Positions 1 to 13,863 are shown, counted from the first letter of the stretch. The stretch is 64,000 nucleotides of DNA from Octopus sinensis (GCF_006345805.1 NC_043007.1:54808001-54872000); one strand, 5' to 3'. The notes: a model not told the origin generated them from the sequence alone. A program made the numbers and translations.

Positions 1-1698
1 AATTATTATATTTATAATTCTTTATCTTATTAAAATTATTAACAGAATTATATCTATGTACAGCATTTAAGGAATTATTAATATTATTAATTTTATCAAT
101 ATTATTATTATTATTATTAAATTTATTTTTATTATTCTTATTTTTATTTTTATAATTTCTAATATTTTTACCACTAATACTAACAAAATTATAATTATTA
201 TTATTATAATTATCTCGAAAATAATTAGTTATATCTTTATCTTTAATATTATAAAATTTAATATTCCTATTATAACCAGCCCCTCTAAGGGCCTCATTAT
301 AATAAGTAGCATGTTTATTAAAAATCTCTATATCATAAGAGAGTAATGAAATACGTTTACTTATATTATTAATCAAAGATTTTTTAATAGAATGTGGGTG
401 ATTACTATTAACATTTATATATCTAAGGTTCTCATTAATTTTATGAAATGGTTGTGTTTTACCTGTAATTAGATTAAAATTAACATCTAAATAATTAACA
501 TTATAATTCTCCTTATATATAGTAATACTTAAACCATATCTTTTAAAGAAACTATATAGTTTTTTCTTATATACTTCTAGATTCCTATTAGTACAATTCT
601 TTGTAATTAGTAGAAGATCATCTCTATATAAACCACCCTCTATCTTAAGATTTTCTAATTGGAGTTCAGATAAAAGAAAAATACCTACTAAATCAGTAGC
701 TTGTGCAGAATCTGGTGCTCCCATAGGTATATCAAAACAATCTCTAGTATCATTCCTAGCCCATAACTTATTTTTATATTTAATGAGCGATTTCCTAGCC
801 ATTTTAATTACATTAACTTCTTCAAGTGACATTCCCACTTTATTCATTGCGAAAATAAGGGCTTTATTAAACACAATTTCATTAATAGAAGAATAATAAT
901 TATCTATATCTATTTGAATAAATTTATAACGATTTTTATCTTTAATATTATTAAACCATTTCAATGTATTGTTATTACTAAACCATAATTTTAAATAATT
1001 AAGTTTATTTAATTTATTAATATATTTATCTAAAATAAATTTACTTAATTTACCTAGGTCAGATTTACATGGGCAAATTAATCTAACTTTAGGGTCTGAA
1101 TAAAAATTATCTTTATGGTCTTTAAGAGTAATTCTGGGGTGTAAAGGTACATAAGGTTCAGTTTTATTATCCAATTCATATTTTAACATTACTAATTTAG
1201 AGGCCTTATTAATATTATAAAGTATATTATCTGGAACAATTTTATATTTTTTATTATTTCTTTCCCTAAGAGTTTATCATATAATTTAACATCTAATTTA
1301 TATAAATTCCTAGTTTTATCAGATGTACTATAATACCATCCATATTTCTCATATCTTTAATTCTAATTGCTAAGTTTCTTAAATATTCATTATTTCTATT
1401 GGGTATTTATGAATTCAATATTTTTTACTACCTTCCATATATTATCTTCTAGTAATTGTAATTCTTTATTAAATGGAGGTTCCTTTCTAGATTTAAATTT
1501 AGAGGTAAAATTATCATTCCTACTATCATTATCATTAAATAAATAAAAATTATAGTAATAAGCTTTCCATTTAATTCTAGAAATAAAACCTTTAACATTA
1601 TTAATAAGTTTCAAAATAAATTCCTTTCTAGAAGGTATAGGAATATCTTTCAAAGATGAATCCCAAAATAGCGGTTCTATCTTACCTGTAAATTCCAT
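1..1698 (-). mobile_element. Penelope-like retroelement (Naiad-type) ORF, near intact; one frameshift at ~1401-1403; runs off the window start
   Basis: ORF 1396-1698 has the N-terminal SLKDIPIPSRKEF...FISRIKWKA motif. My translation of the adjacent frame is open from ~1397 to base 1 and gives VRLICPCKSDLGKLSK, FIQIDIDNYYSSI, FDIPMGAPDSAQATDLVG, GGLYRDD, SNHPHSIKK and YNEALRGAGY, then an Asn-rich linker. Confidence 0.92.
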
Positions 1699-1930
1699 AA
1701 TTTACGAAATTGAGGTATTACACTCAATATACAAAATTATCAATATATTAAATAATAATAAATATTAGGGAATAAATCCAAAATTACAGGGAAAAAAAAT
1801 CAGATTTAGGAATAAATCCAATTTTATAGTAAAATATTATATAATATTAATTCGAGACAAAACCACTATTTTGCAAAACAAACAAGGAAAGACTTAATCA
1901 ATACATAAAAAATTTTAATATAAAGTAAAT

Positions 1931-1985
1931 AAATCGCCACTACAATTGTTTCATGTCTTCAAATGACATTCGTCAGGTGGATTTC
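1931..1985 (-). ncRNA. Minimal type I hammerhead ribozyme upstream of the PLE ORF
   Basis: Minus strand reads aaatccac-CTGACGA-atgtc(atttgaa)gacat-GAAAC-aatt-GTA-gtggcgattt: full core, 5-bp stem II, palindromic short stem III, and stem I ccac/gtgg extended by aaatc/gattt. Confidence 0.88.
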
Positions 1986-3439
1986 CGATCTAAAAATATC
2001 AATATTTTAAAATATAAAATCAAAATAATATAAATTTATCAATGAAAGAATATAAATATATATAATCTATATATAATATAATCAACATATAATCTAAAAC
2101 AAACCCTATAAACAATTGAATATAAAGATACCTATTATTAAAGTTCTCATATTTAAAGATGTACAAAAAAACAAAAAACAAAATAAACTATATATACACA
2201 CATGCTCATACACATATATCTAAGTATAAATAACCATATCTAAATACATACACTAACTCACACACCTATATATATAACTCTATACATACACATAAAAAAC
2301 ATCTAGGCAACGATAAATTAATAAAATAGCCAAATACTTCAACACATTACTTATTCATACTCCCTCTCACACACATACAACCCACATTCATAAACAATAT
2401 ACATATACCCTCTCACACATACATATACATACGTACAGAACTCGATATATACACCAATATATTCACACCCACACCCATACAGATAAATAAATTACACAAA
2501 CAAACACACACACACATTCACACATACATAAACACTCAAAGGAAAACAAAAAATTCATTGCGCGTGGTAAGCGAACGTTATTTAAAAATTATGAATGGAA
2601 TATTATGGAATAATATTTTAATCAACGTAAATAGACAGAATTTACTCCAAAAATCATTAATAAACCAACCATGATAAATGAATCCCTTATATACATATAA
2701 TGATAAAACTCCCTTTACCATACACAATAATACCTATATAGCAATCCCCATAAACCTATACATTCACACACAAAGACACACACGTAAAACACACACCCAC
2801 AACATATACATATACCCACTCACACATACATATACATACGTACAAAACTCGATATATACAACAATATATTCACACCCACACCCATACAGATAAATAAATT
2901 ACGCAAACAAATACACACACACATACACATTCACACATACATAAACACTCAAAAGAAAAACAACATTTCTACACAACACGATATATAGAACACTCCATAA
3001 GTAACCAGATTAACATAAGTAACAATATTAACATAAGGAGAAAAAAAATACATACCTTCTAGTCAAAGAAATTAAAAAAGGAAAATACGCACTCTTTACA
3101 TAGTTTTAATATAATTTTTAATATATCGACCGGTTTCGCTATCGCTATTCATGATATTATGTTTTACTTATTTGAATATTTATTTTCTTACGAAGAAATT
3201 TTGTCCATGTCGTGTGTGATGATATTTATGAGTGAATGACTTCACAAGTAGAAAAATAAGGGGTGGGGTAATTGGTTATCATTATTATTGTTATTGTTGT
3301 GGGTAAGTGAGATAACTGTTCAGCTTTCGGTAATGGGAGGGGAATATATATGTACAGACAAAAACAGGTTTTGAAAAACTTGTTTAGTGAGGGGATTTAT
3401 GCACAGTGATGTAATTGTGAATTGAAATATGTAAAAAGA

Positions 3440-4010
3440 TAAAAGTTGGTTATGCATGCATATTAAGACATGTTCTGTATTTTTCAATGAAAAAAGTTTC
3501 TTTATTTAAACATTCTTGTAGAGAGATTGTGTCTTTGCACTGGTAGAAGAGGAATACTGAAATTTGGTTTGATGCTATCTGCACATTTTTCTATATGTTC
3601 ACTGAGAGGAATTTGCCTGTATGGCAAGAAACAGATTTGCTCTTTATGTAGAGTGGTTCTCTTTCTCAAGGTCATACTCGTCTGTCCAATATAGTTGTAT
3701 CCGCAACCCGAGCAGGTTATTACATAAATTAGGTTCTAAGAGGTACAAGTGAAACTAGTTTTAACCATGAACCTCTGTCCTTGTTTGAAAAGGAAATCCG
3801 AGCCTTCAGGTAGGTTGGGGCAGGTTCCACAGTTTGGGCGTCCACATTTTTCAACTGTTGGGTTTGTGGTTGTTTTATAAAGCTTCGCATTTGTTAGTAG
3901 TCTCTTTAGCAATTTGTCTTGCTTTTTACATTTGATGAGTTTGTGTGTTTTCAGGATGTCGTTCATTTTTGGATCTCTAGTTAGTAAAGGAAGATTTTGC
4001 ACAATAGTGT
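3440..4010 (-). mobile_element. Penelope-like element 3' fragment (Cys linker + GIY-YIG endonuclease), degenerate
   Basis: ORF 3736-4002 has CGRPNCGTC. Past the stop the frame continues as NLIYVITCSGCGYNYIGQTSMTLRKR...H. Confidence 0.8.
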
Positions 4011-5829
4011 TGAATGCCTCACTGTTTCACATGACTCAGCTCTTTTATAATATTGTTTTTTTATTGTTTTTCAGGTGTGAAAATCCTCCATTTGATTCCA
4101 TATCCATTTCCAAGTATCTGGCATCAACCAGGTGACATTGAGAGGAATCTAGATAAAAGATCTATTGCAAACTTTAAAAATGTATTGACTGTATTTGTTG
4201 CTCATTACTTGAAACTTCCTTCCTGGCACAGAGAATGTTCATCCAGGTTTGAAAAGTGACTATTCAAACAACCTATAGCAACCAATGGCAAACGGACAAT
4301 GCACACATCATTCATCAATGTCTAAATTCAAATTTGATCAGTCAGAAGATCTGAGTAAATGTGAGTGACAAAACAAGAGCCCTGTAGCATACATCTTTGG
4401 TTATATGTTCATTTTCAGTCCTTTCATAAGTATTTGTTGAGTTTGTAAAAATGTTATAACTACTTTTTTTATTAGAGGTTTTCTCTCAAATTATTTCCAT
4501 ATAATTTCTTTAATCCTTTTGAGACCAACCCACTTGAAACTGCCTCTGGCTCTGTCTTGTTTCCAAAAGTTCTAAATTAAAATTTACCACCACACCTTAG
4601 TCACAATTTATGTTCCTAACACTAGCTTAATGATAACTAAGTTATTTTATTAAATTCTTTGTTATATTTAAAATTAATTGAAAGAAACACAGAGTATCTC
4701 AACAGAAATATGGTAACAAAAGGGTTAAGCAATATTTTAATCTAGAAATATTTTTATAAATACTTTCTTATTTTATTTTTCCCTTTGATTTTTAATTCTT
4801 CATCTGTCAGAAAAAAGAAAAAAAATTGAAGTTTGGGCTCAGTTGTACAAGACAAATTCATTTCTCTAGTCAAAGTAGAAAACAAAAATGAAACACAACT
4901 AGAATATTTATTTCATTACATTTGTCAGTAGAATTAAATGAGTTTTGATTCTCTTAAAAACAAAATAGATGGATCCAACCTACATTTATATTACTGTAAT
5001 AAAATATTTTTATGCCAAGCAATATAAATTTTAAATATTATTAAATTTTATCTTCATTTTTTTTCTCTCTTTTATTAATGTTTATGTTGATTAGAAATGG
5101 TGGAAGGTAGAATTGTTTCAGCAGCAGATAAAAATAAATACAGAGGAACAGCAACTTTCATTTTTTGAATCAGTTCCTCCAGCTTATCCACCTCCACAGT
5201 AGCCACCAACAAAGTCAACAAATGTATGGAAATAGGCTGGATGATTGAGAAAGTACGTGTGTAAAGGCAACACTGCACCTTATACTATTTCCCACTGTAT
5301 GTCAAAGTATGCAGTATAGTACATAAAAGTCAGGTTATATTTAATACAGTAGATCTGTTAGTCATGTCTTGTCAGAGTTATTGACAAGAAGAAAGTGATG
5401 ATAAGTAGCAGAAATGGATATGTAGCAAGAGGTGAAGGGTGACAAATAGAAGTGGTTCAGAGGAGAGAGTGATGGATGTGTGTATAGGTAAAGTGTGTAT
5501 GTGTGTGTGTGTATATATATATATAAAGTTAATCCAAACATGAAAACACAACAACGCGAGGATGTGGAACAAATATAGTATTATTGGACACTCAGGAAGG
5601 AAGGGAAGAAGGAGGGTTTAACGTTTCAAGCGGAGCTCTTCATCGGAAACATAGGGAAGACAGAGGAAAAAAATCGCCAACGAATGGTAAGGCAACAAAA
5701 GAATGAAAGAGACCTCGATATTATGTAAATAGAGGAATTCATCTGTAAATATATGTGACAATTATTCGGTAGCCATGATAAATCTCCAAGTTTCGAATGT
5801 TGGGGCGGAAACCAACGCCGGCATCTCTT

Positions 5830-8400
5830 CAGCTATCGGGCCATCGGAAAAACTGCTATGAAAATGACCGTTAAACAAAGGGAGATTACTGTGTGATTGA
5901 CCGTTATTAAGACAAAAGAGCTAGCTATTAGAATGACTGCTAAGTGAGGGGAAGGAGTAAAGGTAAGGGAGTAAAAATGTTCATAGTATTTGTGTAAGTG
6001 CACATGTCCATACATACACATGTGTGTCCACATGCCCATGTACATGCGCCTTTTAAGTATATACTCATCCACCCACATGCTCACCCACACATTTGCCAAA
6101 AAATATATACATACCCACGTACACGCTCACACACATGCGCGCACAAAAAAGGTTCATATACACTTCTATATACGCACATGCACAAGAAAAAACAGAGCTA
6201 AAGGCAAAATACAGAAAAATGTGTAAAAAATAAGCACATACCCATATATGCACATACCCGTGCACACACATCCACACGTGCATGCAAAAGATTCCATATA
6301 CACGTCTATATAGGCACAGGAAAAATGCAGGATGGAAGGTAGAATACAAAAAAAACGTGTAAAAAGTATATGAGCAATAAGCCTATAAAACAAAAAAGTA
6401 TAGAGAGATGAAAAGCTTGTACATGGATACAATATAGAAAGCAAGTCTTATCTGTGATCTTGTGGGGACCAAAAGCGTAACAAATATACAGCTACAGACA
6501 TATGCGATCTTATTGGATTATTCCTACTCGATACATTTGGCAAGACTTTTCCTGACGTATACTTCGCCATTTACAAAGATGATGCCCTCGCCTTAACTGC
6601 AAATACCAATGGACCAGCACAGGTTCGGTTTTGGAAGGACATTATCCATTTGATGAAAAATTTCGGTCTTAGCATAACTGCAGACACCAACCTGACAGTT
6701 GTCCATTTCCTAGACATATCCTTAGATCTAAATAAGAACATTTATAAGCCTTATAGGAAGCCCAACGATAGACTTAGTTATATTAATGTGGGTTCCTGCC
6801 ATCCCCCCATAGTGTTTAAAAATTTAGTAAAAAACATTAGCAAAAGAATTTCTAGCCTCCCCTTCGAAAGGGACATTTTTGATAGCATTGCCCCAGTATA
6901 TAATAAGGCTCTAAAAGATAGAGGATTTAGCGAGGAAATAACCTATACACCTGCCACCAGTCCACTAATTAAGAAGAGGAAACATAGGAATAGGAAAACT
7001 ATCTGGTTTACACACCCCTACTCACCCGAAATGACCATCAATATAGGCAAGTATTTCTTAGCACTGATAGATAGACATTTTCCAGTCAACCATAGTTACA
7101 GGAAGCTCTTCAATAGACATAACTTAAAAATCAGTTTCAGCTCAACTACTAATTTTAAAAATATAATCGCACATGACACACAAAAACCACAATATAAAAC
7201 CAACTGTTCATGCAGGGGTAAAAATTTGTGCCCACTAAATGGAACTTGCATGTCTGAGACCATCATTTATGAAGCCACCGTGGACTCTATATCCAATAAG
7301 GACACGGTTTCGACGAAGAAATACGTGGGCCTTACAGAGGGTAATTTCAAGGCCAGGTTCAATAATCACACCTTGAGCTTCAGGCACTAGGATAAAAGGA
7401 AAACGACCAAATTATCCAGTCATATATAGTCTTTAAAAGATAAGGTGTCAGTTACAACATCCATTGGAAGATCTTAGCCAAGTGTAAGCCCTACACCAAC
7501 GGCAGTGGAAAGTGCGCTCTTTGTGATATGGAAAGATGGCTCATCTGGAAAAGCAGCTTAGACCCCCACCACATGTCTGAATTCAAGAACTGAACTTTTT
7601 GGATCATGTCCATATGTGGCTAAATGTTTGTTACATTTTTGATCCCTCTAAGATCACAGATAGGACTTGCTTTCTATATTATGTCCATGTACAAGCTTTT
7701 TATCTCTCTATACTTTTTACTTATATTTCTTATATATTTTATATATATTTATAGAGATATTGTTTTATAGGTGTATTGCTCATATATTTTTTACACATGT
7801 TTTTTTCTGTATTCTACCTTCCATCCTGCATTTTTCCTGTGTGTATATAGACGGGTATATGGATGTATGCGGGTATGTGCTTGCATGAGAGTATGTGCGT
7901 ATATAGACGTGTGAACCTTTCTTGTGCATGTGTATGTGTGTGCCTATATGGATGTGTGCGGGTATGTGCATATATAGACGTGTTTTACTCTTATTGCTTA
8001 TTTTTTACACATTTTTCTGTATTTTGCCTTTAGCCCTGTTTTTTCTTGTGCATGTGCGTATATAGACGTGTATATGAACCTTTTTTGTGTGCATGTGTGT
8101 GAGCGTGTACGCGGGTATGTATATATTTTTTGGCAAATGTGTGGGTGAGCATGTGTGTGTTTCAAGTGAGGGTAGATGAGTATATACATATAGGCACATG
8201 TACGTGAGTGTGCAGGCGTGCATGTGTATGTATAGACATGCGCACTTATGCGAATACTATGACCATTTTTACTCCCTTACCTTTACTCCTTCTCCCTCAC
8301 TTAGCGGTCATTCTAATAGCTCTTTCGTCTTAATAGCGGTCAGTCACACAGTAATTTCCCTTTGTTTATTATTGTTCACATTTCATCTTATGTCTATTGT
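5830..8400 (+). mobile_element. 5'-truncated Naiad-type PLE (RT thumb + GIY-YIG) between inverted pLTR-like arms
   Basis: ORF 6650-7390 has HFLDISLDL, SCHPPIVFK, CSCRGKNLCPLNGTC, IIYEATV and YVGLTEGNFKARFNNH; a CALC motif follows stops. ~5830-6505 is an imperfect reverse complement of ~7605-8400. Confidence 0.85.
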
Positions 8401-8491
8401 CTAGAAGTCAGAGGACACACATGGGATGGAAGAGTTACTGAAAAGGTCGTCACAGGTGTGTGACAAAAGATTTCCAGACAATGTACGTATA

Positions 8492-8888
8492 GGCGCAGGA
8501 GTGGCTGTGGTAAGCAGCTTGCTAACTAACCACATGGTTCCGGGTTCAGTTCCACTGCGTGGCATCTTGGGCAAGTGTCTTCTGCTATAGCCTCGGGCTG
8601 ACCAAAGCCTTGTGAGTGGATTTGGTAGACGGAAACTGAAAGAAGTCTGTCGTATATATATATATGTATGTATGTGTATATGTTTGTGTGTCTGTGTTTG
8701 TCCCTCTAGCATTGCTTGACAACCGATGCTGGGGTGTTTACGTCACCGTCACTTAGCGGTTCGGCAAAAGAGACCGATAGAATAAGTACTGGGCTTACAA
8801 AGAATAAGTCCCGGGGTCGATTTGCTCGACTAAAGGCGGTGCTCCAGCATGGCCACAGTCAAATGACTGAAACAAGTAAAAGAGTAAG
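8492..8888 (+). mobile_element. tRNA-derived SINE (family 1)
   Basis: GGCGCAGGAGTGGCTGTGG head, B-box-like GGGTTCAGTTCC, internal (TA/TG)n and tail ...GACTGAAACAAGTAAAAGAG. Related copies at 35475, 53162, 55232 and 63295. Confidence 0.85.
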
Positions 8889-9203
8889 ATGAAATAAGAA
8901 CACTAATAAATGAGTGACGAATAAATATATAGTGCATGTGTTTATTTGGCAGGAAAAAAATGACCATTCCAAAATATATTAATATCTGTTTCAACATGAT
9001 TTCACATCAGGAATCTTGCAAAACAACCTCATAAATGTGTGTATATATAGAAGTGGTTCAGAGGAGAGAGTGCTGGATGTGTGTACAGGTAAAGTGTGTA
9101 TACATACATATATGTAACCAAGAAAAAAGCAACAAGAATGGATTAGTAGTTTAGTACAATTGTTTCATACTAAGAACAATTTTATTTGAAGCTGCAAATA
9201 CAA

Positions 9204-11437
9204 ATGGAAAACCCTTCGGTAAGGCTTATTTGTCCAACTAAGTCAGACGTTGGCCGACTTAGTAAATCTATCTTGGATACTGTTTTACCCCAAATAACCC
9301 GGATCCTTCCCTTAAGTCTATGGCTAAATACTGATGAAGTATTAATATGGTTCAATTCTCTAGCTAACACTAGTTGTCTATCTTTTATTCAATTTGATAT
9401 CAATAATTATTATTCTAGCATTTCCCCCATTTTGCTAAATAAATCGCTTATTTTTGCCATGAATCGCTCCCTCATATCTAGAGAAGAAATCGACATAGTA
9501 CTATTAGCTAGGAAAACTATTATAGAATTTGAAGGAAAATTATGGACTAGAGCAGATACCCCTAACAATTTTGATATACCTATAGGTTCTAGTGATTCGG
9601 CTGAGATAACTAATTTGGTAGGTGCATATCTATTAAAGTGCATAAAAAGGGAAATCCCAGAATTACAAGGTGGTCTATATAGGGATGATGCTCTGTTTGT
9701 TATTCCTAGTAATAATAAATCTAGCATTGAACAGATTAGAAAGAAAATTAACAGGTTTTTTAAAGATTTTAACCTTAGCATAACCTATGAACCTAGCACT
9801 AAGATAGTCAATTTCCTGGATATTACATTAGACCTTAACTCTAAGCTGCATTACCTATTTAGAAAGGAAGGTAAAATCACTAGATACATAAATAAATTAT
9901 CTAATCATCCCCCAAATATAATAAAATCTTTGATTAGAAATATTTCCTTAAGAATTTCCAAATTGTCATCTAATAATGATATATTTAACTCTCACTCTAA
10001 GCATTATAATATAGCATTATCTAAAGCAGGATATAACCAAGAGATTACCTTTATTGACAAGGCGAGCTTATATATTCCTAATAATGGGGTGAACATTAAC
10101 TACGTAAACAAAAATATAGATCGTGCCCGTAATAATAATAAAAATAAAAATAGATTTACGGTAGCAACAAACCCAGCGTCCAAATCAAATCATAAGAATA
10201 AAAATATAGACCAGAGCATAGGTAATTTTGATAAAACTAATTTAGATAAATCTAAAAAGCATACAAATAATAGTAATAAGAATAATGATTATGGTGGGAT
10301 CAAAAATTATTCAACTAACTCTAACTCTAATTTAAGAAAATATAATAAGGAAGATATAATCTGGTTGAATATTCCTTTTAACTGCTCGATATATGCGGCA
10401 AATTCAAAGTAATATTAGAAAAAAAATTTCCAGCCTCTCATAAGTATCATAGAATAATTTCTAAGAGAACGGTTAGGATTTCTTACTCAACCCTCCCAAA
10501 TATATCCACTATAATAGCTAGAATTAATAATAAAAACATTAAGTTAGTCAGGAATAATAAGACTAATACCAACATGAATACCAATAATAATTGTAATAAT
10601 ATTATCATAAATAAAAATAATAACAACAATAATAATAATTATCAAAATAAGTGCAGCATCAACAGCAATGGAATAACTAATAATGATATTGATATTAATA
10701 GGAATAATAATAATGATAATAATATGAGCAATACAAATGGAAATAATATCGGGAATGAAGATAACAATGATATCTATAGCAGTAATAAGCATTCGGATAT
10801 TAATACAAACAATAATAATAGCAATACCAATAATGTTGATAATTATGATATCGCTATAGTAGATCTAAATGATAGTATAAACGGATCGATAAATGGTAAC
10901 ACAACTTCAGATAACAATATTATCTATAATAACGAAAATAACACTCATAATAATTTGAATAGCAGCAATATGAGAGATCTATCCTTAAATAATTCTAAAT
11001 CTGAAAATTATCCCCCTAGTTGCAATTGTAGGATTAAGTCAAAATGCCCTGGTCTGTGTGGGGCCCATAATGTAATCTATAAATGTACTATAACTACTGC
11101 GAATAGCAAATTTTTTTGTCTGGGTTGTACTATAAAATTTAAGCAAAGAATTAGCAATCATCTTTCCTCCTTTAAGTTACGTCATAAAGCTGGCTGTACC
11201 ACACTTTCCAGTAAGATCTGGGAACTCAAAACTAATAATATTAAATATAACCTAAAATGGGAAATAGTTAGAAAGGCAATGCCTTATAAAAATAATAGGG
11301 TAGGTTGCCAACTCTGCTCCATGGAGACAAATGAAATTCTAAAGCATAGAAAAAATAAAAACCTATTGAATAACCGTATAGAGTTAGATTTGTCTTGCAT
11401 TCATTCAAAAATCAAAACTCTAAAATATTTTAAATAG
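9204..11437 (+). mobile_element. 5'-truncated Naiad-type PLE ORF (RT + GIY-YIG-like), one frameshift at ~10395-10397, two Asn-rich inserts
   Basis: ORF 9186-10412 has VRLICPTKSDVGRLSK, FIQFDINNYYSSI, GSSDSAEITNLVG, GGLYRDD and SNHPPNIIK. The second frame is open 10397-11437 with GKFKVILEKKFPASHKYHRIIS, CNCRIKSKCP, NVIYKC, FKQRISNH and CQLC. Confidence 0.92.
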
Positions 11438-12509
11438 AAATCGTATAGAATAACCGTATAATCACTCAAAAATCAAAACTCTAAAATATTTTAAATTGAA
11501 ATCTATAGGCTCTTCCACTGGTGTTCTTTCTTTCTAACTGTACCTTTTTAATTATAAAAATAAATAGTATTTGTACGATGCTAATTTGATTGTCTATATA
11601 GTCAATTTGATTAACCTAACTTAAATCATATAAATTTTGATAATATTTCCTAATTCTATTCTAAATTTAATAAATAATACTATTCCCTTAAGGATACAAG
11701 CAATTTTCTCTATATACTTTGAATAAGCAAAATTCTCCCACCATTTACTATTGAACTTATTTGACCTCTAGATGTTGACCAAAATTCTTTCTTACAATAT
11801 GTGAGGGTCTCAGTTCTTAGCAGGTGGTGGTCAAACTTAATGTTCCTTTATAAATCTAAGATTCCTTCAACACTGACCTAGATTTTCTGTCACCACAGAA
11901 ATAAACTAACCTTTGTCTATGGTATATTTATGTCTTCTTACTCCTCTATTCCCTTCCTCCCATTATGTCCTTTATTTGGGCTGAATCTGCTTCACTAACT
12001 TTTCTTGCTACTACAACCAAATTCTATTTACAACAGCTTAGTTGTGAAATGAACTGGTGTGTGACCAGCAGCTTTCCTCATGTCTCCGGAAATTATATCT
12101 GCATTTTTATGGATGGATTCACCTTCTCTGGGAAGTTAACAATCTTTTTAAAAACTTTTTATAAAACTGTGCATCATTAGAAAGCATTTTAAGTCTGCTT
12201 ATAATTTGACTTTAAATTTCATAGAACTCACTCCTAATAACTTCATGAGGATAATCAAACCCTCTAGGATGTCTGGAAAGCATATATGTGATTTAGCTGA
12301 TGAATACTGGACATTTGTATTTGCAGCTTCAAATAAAATTGTTCTTAGTATGAAACAATTGTACTAAATTACTAATCCATTCTTGTTGCTTTTTTCTTGG
12401 TTATAATCACCCCACATTATTTTATGGTTAATACCATAAAGTATTCTGGTGCATCTAAGTTAAGTACCATATTCATTGGAATTCACTTGAATCTTAATTG
12501 TTTTTGCAT

Positions 12510-12537
<28 letters not shown>

Positions 12538-12540
<3 letters not shown>

Positions 12541-13222
12541 CCAATTAAGGACTGAACACGAAAAGTGGACAGTCAACATGCTAGATATAGACGTCAAATC
12601 GCCATTCTCCACAAAAGATTATGTTCTCAAATCAAACTCATCACAAACCCAAGCAATAAACAAGTGAAAATATACGAAATACAATACTTATCCATGTACT
12701 GATTCAGTTTCGGCTATTATCCGCAAGGATACCTGTAGCCTTTGTCAACATGGCCCGATATATATGCAATTTGCTGAACTAGATGCAAAAACGATACCGG
12801 AGTATCATGTGCGTGGAGTTCAACCTATTACATTCGAATGTATTTTTCAAATGCCTTTACTTTGGCGCGTTGAGACCCGAAGAAAATAGCCTGCAGCTAA
12901 TAATTAGCAGCAGTCAATTTATCGGTTAGAGAACATATTTATTTATATAAAATATAAAATTAATTAGGGTAGAAATCAATATTTATCAATTAAAACCAGT
13001 GGTCTAGCATATTAAAAAAGAATCCGAAGATTAAATATTTACATATACCAATTAAGGACTGAACACGAAAAGTGGACAGTCAACATGCTAGATATAGACG
13101 TCAAATCGCCATTCTCCACAAAAGATTATGTTCTCAAATCAAACTCATCACAAACCCAAGCAATAAACAAGTGAAAATATACGAAATACAATACTTATCC
13201 ATGTACTGATTCAGTTTCGGTA
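12538..13222 (-). repeat. pLTR-like repeat with partial tandem duplication (12541-12712 repeated at ~13046-13220)
   Basis: Direct internal repeat visible by eye; it carries a hammerhead, an arrangement typical of PLE pseudo-LTRs. Confidence 0.65.
12692..12753 (-). ncRNA. Hammerhead ribozyme variant (U3-A8 core, extra A after A9)
   Basis: Minus strand reads ccatg-TTGACAA-A-ggcta...tagcc-GAAACTGAATCAGTA-catgg; stems I, II and III all pair. Confidence 0.7.
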
Positions 13223-13863
13223 TATATATATTGTTATATTCGGGATGGTAATTTCTTTTTCCTGCCAAATAAACACATGCACTAATTTTCAAGAGGAGAC
13301 TGCCAAATCATTTGAGTTCATTTAGAGATGAAAATAAAAGATTCCAAACAAGTCTTAGTAAATTAATCTGGTCTATTAAAGACAGAAACAAAGACATACT
13401 ATCAATTGGGAATTAATCTGTACTGCAAAACCATACAGACCTGGAACTAAAAATATGGCCTATGTTTAGAAGAATTATACCAAATTTTTACATCTAAAAG
13501 TAATATGATAAATTCTAGACAGGAGCAAGCTTTGAGATGCTTGCACATGAGGAAATTCACATTGTCCAGTATAGATGAATAATAAACATTTAAACAACGG
13601 AATGCTTTGAAATAAAGGATTGTACATGATTATCAATCATGTCTACAATGCAGAGTAGATAAACGAAAAACTTTAAATGGTTAAATCAAAGGATATTAAA
13701 GTAAAGACCCTGAAAAAACTGCACCCATATAATTGTAGGGATGCAGTTGCAATGGTTACTAATCGGTGCAGTTGAAACAGGTGTAGGTCTATGTAAAGCG
13801 GTATATATAAAAAGAATTAAAGGTAATGCTATGCCACTTCATAATAATCCTCATTATTGTTGT

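Noticed and set aside
3120-3165. Hammerhead-like ATGA..GAAACCGGTC on the minus strand
   Set aside because: The CUGA part of the core is missing; a decayed relic.
5075-5278. Short ORF or possible exon
   Set aside because: No recognisable motif, and every plus-strand frame has a stop; unsupported.
5610-5850. Two hammerhead-like motifs (CCGATGA..GAAACGTTA; CTGAAGA..GAAACTTGG) on the minus strand
   Set aside because: One has a mutated core, the other has no NUH triplet or stem I pairing.
5833-8404. H/T/Y/C/M-rich short ORFs (also 26932-27359 and 55205-56688)
   Set aside because: Translations of (CA)n/(TA)n/(TG)n-rich repeats.
1-11437. Selenocysteine recoding, reported for some Naiad PLEs
   Set aside because: The translated frames have no in-frame TGA at conserved positions; the interruptions are frameshifts or TAG/TAA.
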